The notes under the pieces: generated by a model
Seen by the model: the letters and a program-made list of their open reading frames with translations, nothing else
Database searches by the model: none
Told to the model about the DNA's origin: nothing
Origin: Candidatus Eiseniibacteriota bacterium
GTDB taxonomy: Bacteria; Eisenbacteria; RBG-16-71-46
Direction of reading: 5' to 3'
DNA length: 64,000 nucleotides
Assembly: GCA_963717935.1 (NCBI GenBank)
Contig: CAVQXP010000004.1
Coordinates: forward strand, 1,152,001-1,216,000
In this document: positions 11,672-21,366 of the stretch, piece by piece
Layout of the letters: every line of letters begins with the position of its first letter
How positions within the stretch are numbered: the stretch's first letter is position 1
Made by a program: the position numbers and the translations under genes

Positions 11672-12345
11672 GCCCCTCGCCGCATCCGCTCGCCGGTCCC
11701 ATCGCCGCCCCGTCCATCCTGTCGGCGGATCTCGCGCGCCTGGGCGAGGCGCTGGCACTCGTGGATCCGGCGCGCGACTGGGTGCACTGCGACGTGATGG
11801 ACAACCACTTCGTGCCGAACCTCACCTTCGGTCCGCTCATCGTGGCCGCGTCGCGGCGGCTCTCGGCAGCGTTCCTCGACGTTCACCTCATGGTCGAGCG
11901 GCCCGAGACCCTGATCGCGCGCTTCCGCGAGGCCGGGGCCGACCTCATCACCGTGCACGTCGAGGCCTGCGCCGACCCCGCCGCGACGCTGACCGCCGTC
12001 CGGGCGACCGGTGCGCGCGCGGGGCTCACGCTCAGGCCGGGCACGCCGTTCGCCCGGGCCGAGCCCTGGCTCCAGGACCTCGACCTGTTCCTGGTCATGA
12101 CGGTCGAGCCGGGCTTCGGCGGGCAGGCGTTCATGCCCGGCATGCTGGAGAAGGTGCGCGCGGCGCGCGACTGGCGCGAGCGGCACGGGGCGCGCTACCT
12201 GATCGAGGTGGACGGCGGCATCTCGTCCGCGACGGCGCCGCAGTGCCGCGCGGCCGGGGCGGATGTGTTCGTGGCGGGCAACGCCATCTACGGACAGAGC
12301 GATCCGAAACAGGCGCTCGAGGCGCTGCGCGCCGCGATCCGCTAG
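11668..12345 (+). CDS. rpe: Ribulose-phosphate 3-epimerase
   Basis: APSILSAD, H-DVMD-HFVPNLTFG, DVHLM, MTVEPGFGGQ, EVDGG. Confidence 0.96.
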   Translation: MSPSPHPLAGPIAAPSILSADLARLGEALALVDPARDWVHCDVMDNHFVPNLTFGPLIVAASRRLSAAFLDVHLMVERPETLIARFREAGADLITVHVEACADPAATLTAVRATGARAGLTLRPGTPFARAEPWLQDLDLFLVMTVEPGFGGQAFMPGMLEKVRAARDWRERHGARYLIEVDGGISSATAPQCRAAGADVFVAGNAIYGQSDPKQALEALRAAIR

Positions 12346-12403
12346 GACGGCCGCTTCGCGGGTCGCCTGCGGCGCTGCCCGTGAACGCGCAGGGAGGGAA
12401 GCG

Positions 12404-12925
12404 ATGGGGCAACTGGACGGCGTCCTGAACCCCGACGAGAGGCTCCTGTTCCGCACCCGGCTGCACTGGCTGCCGTGCGCGCCGTCCGCGCTCGCCGTCT
12501 CGCTGCTCGGCGCGGTGGTGATCGCCGCGCTGCTGGTCTTCGCGCGCGGTCCGGTGGCCGACCAGTTCGCGCGCGCGCCCCTGACGGCCTCGATCCTCGC
12601 GCTCGGGCTGGCGCTCGTGGTGGTCATGCCCCTGGTCGTCGTCCGTTTCCTGGTCGCCACGCACGAGTTCGGGGTGACCGACCGGCGCGTGATCGCGCGC
12701 ATGGGCTGGGTCAGCACCCGCACCGTGGACCTGAACGTGACCAAGGTGGAGTCGCTGGTGATCGAGCAGGGCGCGCTCGGCCGCCTGTTCCGCTACGGCG
12801 ACCTGAAGGTCGTGGGCACCGGCGGGACCGCCGAGACCTTCCGCGGCGTGAAGGACCCGATCGGCTTCCGCAAGGCGGTGAACCTGGCCGCGGACCGCGT
12901 GGGCGGGAAGACCGGGGAGGGGTGA
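12404..12925 (+). CDS. Membrane protein with bacterial PH (bPH_2) domain
   Basis: Two TMs then VTDRRVI...KVES...QG-LGR-F-YG. Confidence 0.75.
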   Translation: MGQLDGVLNPDERLLFRTRLHWLPCAPSALAVSLLGAVVIAALLVFARGPVADQFARAPLTASILALGLALVVVMPLVVVRFLVATHEFGVTDRRVIARMGWVSTRTVDLNVTKVESLVIEQGALGRLFRYGDLKVVGTGGTAETFRGVKDPIGFRKAVNLAADRVGGKTGEG

Positions 12926-12931
12926 GGACCG

Positions 12932-14758
12932 TCAACGGGCAGGCGGCTGCGCAAGTGCTGCTGGCGATCGCACCTGGCGCATGATCTGCGCGGCCAGCCA
13001 GCCGGTGGAGTCGCGCACGGCGCTCACCGGGTAGCCCATCCTTCCGGCGACGAGCGCGTAGCACGACTCGGCGCGCGCCGTGTCACCCATCAGTTGATGG
13101 CAGGCCCCCGCGTAGATCAGCCCGTGCGTGCCCCACGGCAGTGAGCCCAGCTTGCCGTACTCCGTCGCGGCCGCAGGCAGGTCCCAGGCGCGCAGGAACA
13201 GACCCGCAAGGTCCTCGTGATTGTCCTCCCACGAGGGGTTCAGGCGCCGCGCGCTCTCCACGTCCTCGGGTCCCCTGAAGACCTCGATCATGCCAGCCGC
13301 GCTGTCGAATCTGAAGAAGAAGTCGCGGTTTTCGTGGCCGTCGGTGCGGGGCGTGTACTGCGAGTAGTAGAGCCCTCTCAGGGTCGTGTCGCGGTACCAC
13401 ACGCGCAGACTCGGGCCGTCCCCCGCCAGGAGGCCGATGTTGTTGGGAATGTGCACGAAGAAGACGCGGGAGGACGGTGGGAAGGACGGGTGCTGGCGCA
13501 GCAGTTCCGTGCGGATCGCCCCGAGGATGCTCCCGGCGCGGCGCTGGTACCACTCGCTGCCCCAGTCCCACGACAGCGTGTGCGCCTGTGTGGAGCGCAG
13601 CAGGGCCAGGAGCGCCACCACCAGCACGGCTGCGCGCGGCCGTGCGGACAGCCAGGTCCCGAGAAGCAGCCACGCGCCGAGGGAGCCCATCACGCCGTAA
13701 TAGGCGTGCCAGCCGATCGAGGGCATGAGCAGGATGCTCCAGCCCGCCAGCGCCCAGACGAATCCCAACACCATGACACCCGTCGGCCGCGGGCGCACCT
13801 GACCGCTGGCGGAACGCACGGCCGTCAGCCACACGAAACCGGCCAGGATGGCCGCGCCCAGAGCACCCTGTGCCAGCGCCTGGCTGGCGTAGTCGCCCGG
13901 ATTCGGCCACGAGTCGAGGTTGACCTGCGCCAGCACGGTCCTGACCATCGTCCCGGTCGTGGACAGTCGCTGCGTGGTCTCCAGCGACGTGCGGAGGGGC
14001 CCGAAGAACCTCGCCCCGAGCAGCGGGTGGATGACGGCCCAGGCCAGGGCGATGAGCCAGAAGGGCGCGGTGCGCACGGCGGTCTCCCGCGCGCTTCGTC
14101 TCTCGACGAGGACCAGGTAGGCGACGGCCAGCCCGGGCAGGATCGCTCCGGACTCCTTGCTCAGCAGGGCCAGGGCCAGCGCCATCGCCGAGGCGATCCG
14201 TCGCCCGCGAGCCAGCAGATGCAGGAAGACCAGCGTGAAGAACAGGACCCACAGATCCTGGACTCCCGCGACCCAGGACAGCGGGGTGCCCCAGAGCGCC
14301 AGGCTGGCCAGTCCGGCGGTCGCGACCGAAGCCGCCGCCGAGCCGGCGAGGCGGCGCACCCAGGTGAAGTAGAGGCTCATGAGGCCCAGCCAGAGCGCGA
14401 AGCTGGCCACGTGGAACGGGAGCTCCCGCGTGCCGAAGAGGTGCTGGAGCCACCAGTAGTGCAGCTCCCGCGACCACGGCCGGTACCAGCCGAAGATGAG
14501 GTCGTGCCGCTTCCAGAGCGAAGCGAAGGAGGCGGTGCGAGTGAGATCCAGGAAGCAGAAGTCGTCGTTGACGAACGCCAGGGTGAGGAAACGGGCATAC
14601 TGGGTGGCGAGGAACAGACCCAGGGCGAGCGCGGCCAGCAGCAGGCCGGCGTGTCGGTCAGCAGCTCCGCCGACGGTGGCGCCGGCCGGTGGCGCCACCG
14701 TCGCGGCGGGACCCTCGAGCGCCTGGTGGGACAGCCTCGACGGGCGTGAACGCTTCAT
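12932..14758 (-). CDS. Polytopic membrane protein, GT-C-like glycosyltransferase with TPR-like C-terminus
   Basis: DD motif after TM1 (FVNDDF), YRP, ALLSKE, about 10 TMs; start uncertain. Confidence 0.55.
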   Translation of the reverse strand: MKRSRPSRLSHQALEGPAATVAPPAGATVGGAADRHAGLLLAALALGLFLATQYARFLTLAFVNDDFCFLDLTRTASFASLWKRHDLIFGWYRPWSRELHYWWLQHLFGTRELPFHVASFALWLGLMSLYFTWVRRLAGSAAASVATAGLASLALWGTPLSWVAGVQDLWVLFFTLVFLHLLARGRRIASAMALALALLSKESGAILPGLAVAYLVLVERRSARETAVRTAPFWLIALAWAVIHPLLGARFFGPLRTSLETTQRLSTTGTMVRTVLAQVNLDSWPNPGDYASQALAQGALGAAILAGFVWLTAVRSASGQVRPRPTGVMVLGFVWALAGWSILLMPSIGWHAYYGVMGSLGAWLLLGTWLSARPRAAVLVVALLALLRSTQAHTLSWDWGSEWYQRRAGSILGAIRTELLRQHPSFPPSSRVFFVHIPNNIGLLAGDGPSLRVWYRDTTLRGLYYSQYTPRTDGHENRDFFFRFDSAAGMIEVFRGPEDVESARRLNPSWEDNHEDLAGLFLRAWDLPAAATEYGKLGSLPWGTHGLIYAGACHQLMGDTARAESCYALVAGRMGYPVSAVRDSTGWLAAQIMRQVRSPAALAQPPAR

Positions 14759-15019
14759 CGCGGGAGCGTCTTCGTGGTCATGTTCCGGCGTGGCCTCTTT
14801 CGTGCCGGCTTTCGGACCGGAGCGCACCGATCATCAGCATCCTGCAGGCGTGGCGTCCGGGATGTCCAGCCCGGGGATTGGCCGCGGGGGGCGGCGGAGG
14901 CGGGCAGGTCGCCCCGGGGACGCACCAGAGCGCGACACCCGGTCGTCTGCGCCTGCCGGTTCCCTGCGGTGGACCCATGTGGTAATTTCCTTCGCCTCTT
15001 TGCCGAACGGAAAGGACCC

Positions 15020-16348
15020 GTGTTCGAAGCACTGACCGACCGACTGCAGGGCATCGTCCGGAACCTGACCGGGCAGGCTCGCATCACGCCCGAGAACATC
15101 CGGGAGAGCCTGCGGGAGGTCCGCCGCGCACTGCTCGAGGCCGACGTGCAGGTCGGGGTGGCGCGCGACTTCGTCGCCCGGGTCGAGGCGCGGGCGGTGG
15201 GCGAGGAGGTGCTGAAGAGCCTCTCGGCGGGGCAGCAGGTCGTGGGGATCGTCAAGGACGAGCTCGAGAGCCTGCTGGGGCGCACGCCGGTGACGCTGGC
15301 CGGCTCGCCGCACGTCCCGACCGTGGTGCTGCTCGCGGGCCTGCAGGGCTCGGGCAAGACCACGTTCGCGGGCAAGCTGGCCGTATGGCTCAAGGCGCGC
15401 ACGAAGCGCGTGCTGCTGGCGAGCGCGGACGTCTACCGCCCCGCGGCGGTGGACCAGCTCGAGCGGGTGGCGGAGCAGGCGGGGGCGGGATTCTGGCGCG
15501 CGCCGGAGGGCACGCTGCCGGTCGAGATCGCGCGCGGAGCGCTGGAACAGGCGCGCGCGCGCGGCTTCGACTTCCTGGTGTTCGACACGGCGGGGCGGCT
15601 CCAGATCGACGAGCCGATGATGGCCGAGCTGGAGGCGCTCAAGCAGGCCGTCCGCGCACACCAGGTGCTGCTGGTGGTGGACGGGATGACGGGGCAGGAG
15701 GCGGTCAGGATCGGGCAGACCTTCGCCCAGCGCGTGGGCGTGGACGGCCTGGTGCTCAGCAAGATGGACGGCGACGCGCGCGGTGGCGCCGCGCTGTCGC
15801 TGCGGCAGGTGACGGGCAGGCCCATCCTGTTCCTGGGCGTGGGCGAGAAGCTCGACGGGCTCGAGACCTTCGACCCGGCGCGGCTCGCCGGGCGCATCCT
15901 CGGCATGGGCGACATCGTCGGGCTGGTGGAGAAGGCGCGCCTGGCGGTGAACGAGCAGGAAGCGGCGCAGTTGGCCGAGAAGCTGCGGCGCACCGATTTC
16001 ACGCTGGACGACTTCCTCGAGCAGCTCGTGCAGGTGAAGAAGATGGGGCCGCTCGAGGACCTGATGAAGATGCTGCCCGGGATGCCCAGGGCGGCGCTGG
16101 AGCAGGCCAGGCCCGACAATGGCCGGCTCAAGCGCTACGAGGCCATCCTGCTCAGCATGACGAAGCAGGAGCGGAGATCGCCGCGGGTGATCGACGGCAG
16201 CCGGCGGCGGCGCATCGCCGCGGGCAGCGGCACGGCGGTGAGCGACGTGAATCAGTTGTTGCGGGATTTCGAGCAGGCGCGCACGCTGATGAAGCGCCTG
16301 AAGCATGGGCCGCGCGGTCTGGCGGGGCTCAGACGCGGCCGCGGCTAG
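15020..16348 (+). CDS. ffh: Signal recognition particle protein Ffh
   Basis: ALLEADV, GLQGSGKTT, DTAGR, KMDGDARGG, RILGMGD, SR-RRIA-GSG. Confidence 0.97.
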   Translation: MFEALTDRLQGIVRNLTGQARITPENIRESLREVRRALLEADVQVGVARDFVARVEARAVGEEVLKSLSAGQQVVGIVKDELESLLGRTPVTLAGSPHVPTVVLLAGLQGSGKTTFAGKLAVWLKARTKRVLLASADVYRPAAVDQLERVAEQAGAGFWRAPEGTLPVEIARGALEQARARGFDFLVFDTAGRLQIDEPMMAELEALKQAVRAHQVLLVVDGMTGQEAVRIGQTFAQRVGVDGLVLSKMDGDARGGAALSLRQVTGRPILFLGVGEKLDGLETFDPARLAGRILGMGDIVGLVEKARLAVNEQEAAQLAEKLRRTDFTLDDFLEQLVQVKKMGPLEDLMKMLPGMPRAALEQARPDNGRLKRYEAILLSMTKQERRSPRVIDGSRRRRIAAGSGTAVSDVNQLLRDFEQARTLMKRLKHGPRGLAGLRRGRG

Positions 16349-16385
16349 CACGCGGCGCACATCACGAGGCAGAGGAGGATTCAAG

Positions 16386-16814
16386 ATGGCGGTGGTGATC
16401 CGTCTCATGCGGGCCGGCGCGAAGAAGCGGCCCTTCTATCGGCTGGTGGCGGCGGACTCGCGGCGGCAGCGCGACGGGCGGTTCCTGGAGATCCTGGGGC
16501 ACTACAACCCCATCACCCAGCCCTTCGAGTTGGTCGTGCAGAAGGACAAGGTGCAGGAGTGGCTGGACAAGGGCGCCCGGCCCAGCCAGCAGGTGGCGTC
16601 GCTGCTGCGCTCGACCGGGATGATGCTCGGCAAGGCGTCGAAGCCCACGAAGAAGGCAGTGCCCGCGGGCGCCGCGGCCAAGCCGCGCAAGCGTCTCAAG
16701 CGGCGCACGGTCTCGGCGCGCAAGACCAAGGTGAAGGCGGCGAAGGCGTCGGCGAAGAAGGCCGGCAAGGTGGTGCCGAAGAAGGGCGCCAAGCGGAAGG
16801 CGGCCGCGAAGTAG
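16386..16814 (+). CDS. rpsP: 30S ribosomal protein S16 with a Lys/Ala-rich C-terminal tail
   Basis: GAGGAGG RBS; IRL-R-G-KKRPFYR-V-ADSR-RDGRF-E-LG-YNP. Confidence 0.96.
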   Translation: MAVVIRLMRAGAKKRPFYRLVAADSRRQRDGRFLEILGHYNPITQPFELVVQKDKVQEWLDKGARPSQQVASLLRSTGMMLGKASKPTKKAVPAGAAAKPRKRLKRRTVSARKTKVKAAKASAKKAGKVVPKKGAKRKAAAK

Positions 16815-16908
16815 GGCCGCAGCACAGCACGGCCCCGCGCCCGGGGCACGGGCTCCGCGCCCCACGCGGAGCCCGCCGGGGCGCGGGGTGCGAGCCGCGG
16901 AGCCTCCC

Positions 16909-17256
16909 ATGAGAACGTCGCCGAGTCATGCGCTGGCGTTGCTGTTCCTGCTGGCCGGGCTGTCGGTGGCCGGCTGCGCCCGGCGCGAGCCCGTGCCGGA
17001 CGTGGCTGCGCTGCAGGCGCGCTCGCAGGCGCTGATCGACGCGGGGAACACCTGCTACCGCGCCGGCGACCACGCCACCGCGGCCAAGCGCTACCGCGCC
17101 GCCATGGTCGTGAAACCCGACGACCCGGTCGCCTACTTCGGTCTGGGCATGGCGCTCACGAAGCTCGGACGCGACGAAGAGGCGCGCCAGGCCTACGCGC
17201 GAGCGCGCGAACTCGCGCAGCAGGCGCGGAGCGCGAGCCGGGACACCGCGCGCTGA
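16909..17256 (+). CDS. TPR-containing lipoprotein
   Basis: Lipobox VAGC; TPR pattern AYFGLG-AL-KLGR-EEA-AY-RA. Confidence 0.7.
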   Translation: MRTSPSHALALLFLLAGLSVAGCARREPVPDVAALQARSQALIDAGNTCYRAGDHATAAKRYRAAMVVKPDDPVAYFGLGMALTKLGRDEEARQAYARARELAQQARSASRDTAR

Positions 17257-17410
17257 AGGTGGGACGGGCGAGTCGATCCGGCGCGCTGAAGGCGGATGGG
17301 GTCGGGCGCCCGGTCCGTCCGCCGGTCACGACGCAGCCGGATGCGTGGGACCGTAGGCTTCGAGTCAGGTGCCAGCCGGTCCCCTGGCCGGGGCCCTCCG
17401 GAGAGGCGAC

Positions 17411-18193
17411 ATGAAACGCCAGCTGAAGAAGATGATCGTCGGGACGCCCTGGGAGCCGCTGGCCAGAAGGCTGCATGCGGCCTTCCTGCGTGCAGGCTCG
17501 TCTGACGTGGAGGACAGGAACCGCCAGTACGACATCCAGACTCTCGAGGTGATGCGGCGAGTCCTGCGGAAGGACTCGAACTGCGTCGATGTCGGCTGCC
17601 ACCAGGGCAGCATCCTGAGGGAGATGCTGCGGTTCGCGCCCGCAGGGACTCACTTTGCCTTCGAGCCGCTCCCCGGGATGTACCAGGGGTTGAGGGAATC
17701 CTTCGGGGGTCTCGCGAACCTCCATCTCCACGACTGCGCCTTGAGCGATGTCGCAGGGACGACGTCCTTTCAGCACGTCGTGAGCAATCCCGGCTACAGC
17801 GGTTTCCGCCGGCGAAGGTACGACAGGCCCCACGAGCAGGTTCGGCAGATCATGGTCAGGACGGACCTGCTCGACAACCTCGTGACCGGGGACATCTCGA
17901 TCCAGTTCATCAAGGTCGATGTGGAGGGCGCCGAACTCCAGGTGTTCAGGGGCGCCCTGGAGACGATCAGGAGGAGTCGGCCGACGATCGTCTTCGAACA
18001 CGGGCGTGGTGCCGCGGGCTGTTACGGAACCGGCCCCGGGGACATCTACGAGCTGCTGGTGGGACGGTGTGGCTTGAGGCTGTTCCTCATGGCCGAGTGG
18101 CTTGGAAGCGGCGGCAGCGCGTCTCTGGACAGGGAGGCCTTCCGCGAACAGTTTGCGAGCGGCAGGAACTACTACTTCATGGCCGCGCCCTGA
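17411..18193 (+). CDS. FkbM-family methyltransferase
   Basis: VDVGCHQG, AFEP, FIKVDVEGAELQV-RGA. Confidence 0.85.
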   Translation: MKRQLKKMIVGTPWEPLARRLHAAFLRAGSSDVEDRNRQYDIQTLEVMRRVLRKDSNCVDVGCHQGSILREMLRFAPAGTHFAFEPLPGMYQGLRESFGGLANLHLHDCALSDVAGTTSFQHVVSNPGYSGFRRRRYDRPHEQVRQIMVRTDLLDNLVTGDISIQFIKVDVEGAELQVFRGALETIRRSRPTIVFEHGRGAAGCYGTGPGDIYELLVGRCGLRLFLMAEWLGSGGSASLDREAFREQFASGRNYYFMAAP

Positions 18194-18261
18194 TGAGAGC
18201 GCCGGTTCGCCTCGGCCCCGCAGGGCCACGGGGACCCGGCGTCAGGCACACGGAGGCTGAC

Positions 18262-18591
18262 ATGCAGATGACCGGCATCCCCTTTGGAGTCACCGACTGG
18301 TCGTCCGTTGAGCGAACCGAACACAAGGGCGAATCGGGCGTCGCGTATTGGCGCACGCGCGAGTTCGGCGGCATCCGGGTCCGCCTGGTCGAGTACACCC
18401 CGGGCTACCTGGCGGACCACTGGTGCGCGAAGGGGCATGTCCTCCTGTGCCTCGAGGGCGAGCTGCGCACGGAGCTCGAGGATGGCCGGACGGTCGTCCT
18501 GAGACCGGGCATGAGCTACCAGGTCGCGGACGGGGCCGAACCGCATCGCTCCTCCACCGGGATCGGCGCGAAGCTGTTCATCGTCGACTGA
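18262..18591 (+). CDS. DHCW-motif cupin-fold protein
   Basis: GGAGG RBS; GYLADHWC-KGH, GMSYQV, HRS-T-GAKLFIVD. Confidence 0.8.
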   Translation: MQMTGIPFGVTDWSSVERTEHKGESGVAYWRTREFGGIRVRLVEYTPGYLADHWCAKGHVLLCLEGELRTELEDGRTVVLRPGMSYQVADGAEPHRSSTGIGAKLFIVD

Positions 18592-18777
18592 ATCGCCCGA
18601 CCTCCCCGGCGCCGGGCGACCTCGGGGCGGACCCGGGCCGCCGCGTCCTTCCGGGATGCGCGGCCACGTTCCCGATCGCGTGCGTGCGCCCGCGCCGCTT
18701 TCCCTCGCCCGTGCCCTCGTTGTAGTCTGGGCCGCGATCCGAGGCTTCACCCTGGCGCCACTTTCGGACGGGAGCCC

Positions 18778-20058
18778 ATGCACGATCTCAAGTTCCTGCG
18801 CAACCACCGTGAGCGCGTCGAGGCAGGCGTGGCCCTCAAGGGCATGACCGTGAACCTGGGGCGCTTCTACGAGATCGAGGAACGCCGCCTCGCGTTGCTG
18901 CACGAGAGCGAGCAGCTCAAGGCCCGGCGCAACGCGGTCACCCAGGAGGTCGGCGCGCGCCGGCAGTCCGGGCAATCGGCCGACGAGCTGATCGCGCAGA
19001 GCCGCGAGCTGGGCGAGCGCATCAAGCGGCTCGACGCGGAACTCAAGACGCTCGAGGAAGAGAGCGCCGAGCTGGCGGCGTGGATCCCCAACCTGCCGCA
19101 CGAGAGCACCCCGCCGGGCAAGGACACGGCGCAGAACCAGGTCAAGCGCACCTGGGGCGAGCTGGCGGCGTTCGGCTTCGAGGCGCAGCCGCACTGGGAC
19201 CTGGCCACGCGGCTCGGGCTGCTCGACTTCGCGCGGGCGCCCAAGATCTCGGGCTCGGGCTTCCTGCTCTTCACCGGGCGCGGCGCGCGTCTGGAGCGGG
19301 CGCTCATCAACTTCATGCTGGACTTCCACACCGTGCACCACGGCTACACCGAGGTCTCGGTGCCGCACGTGGTGCGGCGGGCGGCGCTGTTCGGCACCGG
19401 CCAGCTGCCCAAGCTGGAAGGCGACATGTACCACATCGGTGAGGACGATCTATTCCTGAACCCGACGGCCGAGGTGCCGGTCACCAACATCTACCGCGAC
19501 GAGATCCTCGAACCCGGCATGGTGCCCATGTACCTCACGGCCCACTGCGCCTCCTACCGGCGCGAGGCCGGCACCTACGGCGCGGACACGCGTGGCATGG
19601 TGCGCGTGCACCAGTTCGACAAGGTGGAGCTGGTCAAGATCGTGCCGCCGCAGACCAGCTACGATGAACACGAGAGGCTGGCGCGCGACGTGGCCGAGAT
19701 CTTCGAGGCGCTGGAGCTGCCTTACCGGCAGGTGCTGCTGTGCAGCGGCGACACGTCGTTCGCCGCGGCCAAGTGCTACGACTTCGAGGTCTGGGCGCCG
19801 GGCATCAAGGCCTGGCTCGAGTGCTCCTCGTGCTCGAACTTCGAGGACTTCCAGGCGCGCCGCATGAATCTGCGCTTCCGCCGCGAGGCGGGGGCGAAGG
19901 CCGAGCACCCGCACACGTTGAACGCCTCGGGCGTGGCGCTGCCGCGCACCTTCGCGGCACTGCTCGAGAACCACCAGACCGCGACGGGGACGGTGCGCAT
20001 CCCGTCCGCCCTGCGCCCGTACCTCGACGGCCTCGAGGAGATCGTGCCAGAGGGGTGA
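18778..20058 (+). CDS. serS: Serine--tRNA ligase
   Basis: N-terminal coiled coil, GTGQLPK, PTAEVP, R-EAG, RVHQFDKVE, SCSN, HTLN-SG. Confidence 0.97.
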   Translation: MHDLKFLRNHRERVEAGVALKGMTVNLGRFYEIEERRLALLHESEQLKARRNAVTQEVGARRQSGQSADELIAQSRELGERIKRLDAELKTLEEESAELAAWIPNLPHESTPPGKDTAQNQVKRTWGELAAFGFEAQPHWDLATRLGLLDFARAPKISGSGFLLFTGRGARLERALINFMLDFHTVHHGYTEVSVPHVVRRAALFGTGQLPKLEGDMYHIGEDDLFLNPTAEVPVTNIYRDEILEPGMVPMYLTAHCASYRREAGTYGADTRGMVRVHQFDKVELVKIVPPQTSYDEHERLARDVAEIFEALELPYRQVLLCSGDTSFAAAKCYDFEVWAPGIKAWLECSSCSNFEDFQARRMNLRFRREAGAKAEHPHTLNASGVALPRTFAALLENHQTATGTVRIPSALRPYLDGLEEIVPEG

Positions 20059-21359
20059 AACCGAGCCCGCCCCCGCCGCGGCCGCGGTTCCGCCGCACCG
20101 GTGCGCAGATCCTGCGCACGGCGGTGCTCCTGGGGAGCGTGCTGCTCGTGGTCTCGGTCTTCCTCTTCACCCACCAGACCATCCGGCGCCTGTCCGCGGA
20201 GGTCACGACCACCTCGCGGGTGCTGGCCCGCTTCCTCGCGCTCGCGACGTTCCCGGCCACGCATGACCCGGAGCTGCAGCGCATCACGCGCGAGGTCGTG
20301 AGCAGCCTCGATTTCCCCATCATCATCACGGACCCACAGGGCTTCCCGCGCGCCTGGCGCAAGACGGCGGTGCCGCCGGGGCTGGTGCCCGCCACCAGCG
20401 TCGACAGCCTGAGCGTGGGCCAGCCGGTCTCGCCGGTGATCCGCGCGCGCATCGAGCGCCTGCAGGCCGAGGTGGCGCGGCTCGACCGCCAGAACCCGCC
20501 GTTGCCGATGAAGCAGCCCGGCACGGGCGTGACGCTGGGTGCGGTGCACTACGGCGAGCCCGTCGTGCTGGACCTGCTGCGCTGGATGCCCTACGTCACC
20601 GTGGGCGGCGTGCTGCTGCTGCTCTCGCTCGGGCTCTGGGCGCTCGCCGGTCTGCGCATGGCCGAGAAGCGCACGATCTGGGTGGGCATGGCGCGCGAGA
20701 CGGCCCACCAGCTGGGCACGCCGCTCTCCTCGCTGATGGGCTGGGTGGAGCTCCTGCGCGCGCACGCCGAGGCCGCGCCGCCGGGCGCGGTGGTGCCCGT
20801 GGCGCGGGCCGAGCTGGAGGAGACGCTCACCGAGATGGAGCGCGACGTCGACCGGCTCAACAAGGTGGCGCAGCGCTTCAGCCACGTGGGTTCGGCGCCG
20901 CACCTGCAGCTGCAGGAGGTCGCGCCGGTGGTGCGCGAGGCGGTGCAGTACGTGCGCCGGCGCCTGCCCCACGACGAGGATCGGGTGGTGCTGCGCGAGC
21001 GCTACGAGGACGTGCCGCCCATCAACCTCAACCGCGAGCTGATCGAGTGGGCGCTCGAGAACCTGCTGCTGAACGCGATCTCTGCGCTGGACAAGACGCA
21101 TGGCGTGATCGAGGTCAAGATCGAACGCCGCAAGGAGAACGAGGCGGTCGAGATCGTGGTGCAGGACGACGGGCGCGGCATGACGCCGGCCGAGCAGGGC
21201 CGGGCCTTCGAGCCGGGCTACAGCACCAAGCACCGGGGTTGGGGCCTGGGGCTCGCGCTCGCGCGCCGCGTGGTGCAGGAATACCACGGCGGGAAGCTCT
21301 TCATCCGTCACAGCGCCCCGGGCCAGGGCACCACGATGGTGATGAGCTTCCCGACGTAG
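20055..21359 (+). CDS. Membrane sensor histidine kinase (PorY-like)
   Basis: Two TMs; H-box WVGMARETAHQLGTPLSSL; N-box WALENLLLNA; D-G-G, GYSTK, GWGLGL. Confidence 0.85.
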   Translation: MKPSPPPPRPRFRRTGAQILRTAVLLGSVLLVVSVFLFTHQTIRRLSAEVTTTSRVLARFLALATFPATHDPELQRITREVVSSLDFPIIITDPQGFPRAWRKTAVPPGLVPATSVDSLSVGQPVSPVIRARIERLQAEVARLDRQNPPLPMKQPGTGVTLGAVHYGEPVVLDLLRWMPYVTVGGVLLLLSLGLWALAGLRMAEKRTIWVGMARETAHQLGTPLSSLMGWVELLRAHAEAAPPGAVVPVARAELEETLTEMERDVDRLNKVAQRFSHVGSAPHLQLQEVAPVVREAVQYVRRRLPHDEDRVVLRERYEDVPPINLNRELIEWALENLLLNAISALDKTHGVIEVKIERRKENEAVEIVVQDDGRGMTPAEQGRAFEPGYSTKHRGWGLGLALARRVVQEYHGGKLFIRHSAPGQGTTMVMSFPT

Positions 21360-21366
21360 CTTCGGG

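Noticed and set aside
14830..15010. SRP RNA (ffs) upstream of ffh
   Set aside because: No recognisable domain IV motif (CAGG...GGAA...AGCA); only generic GC pairing.
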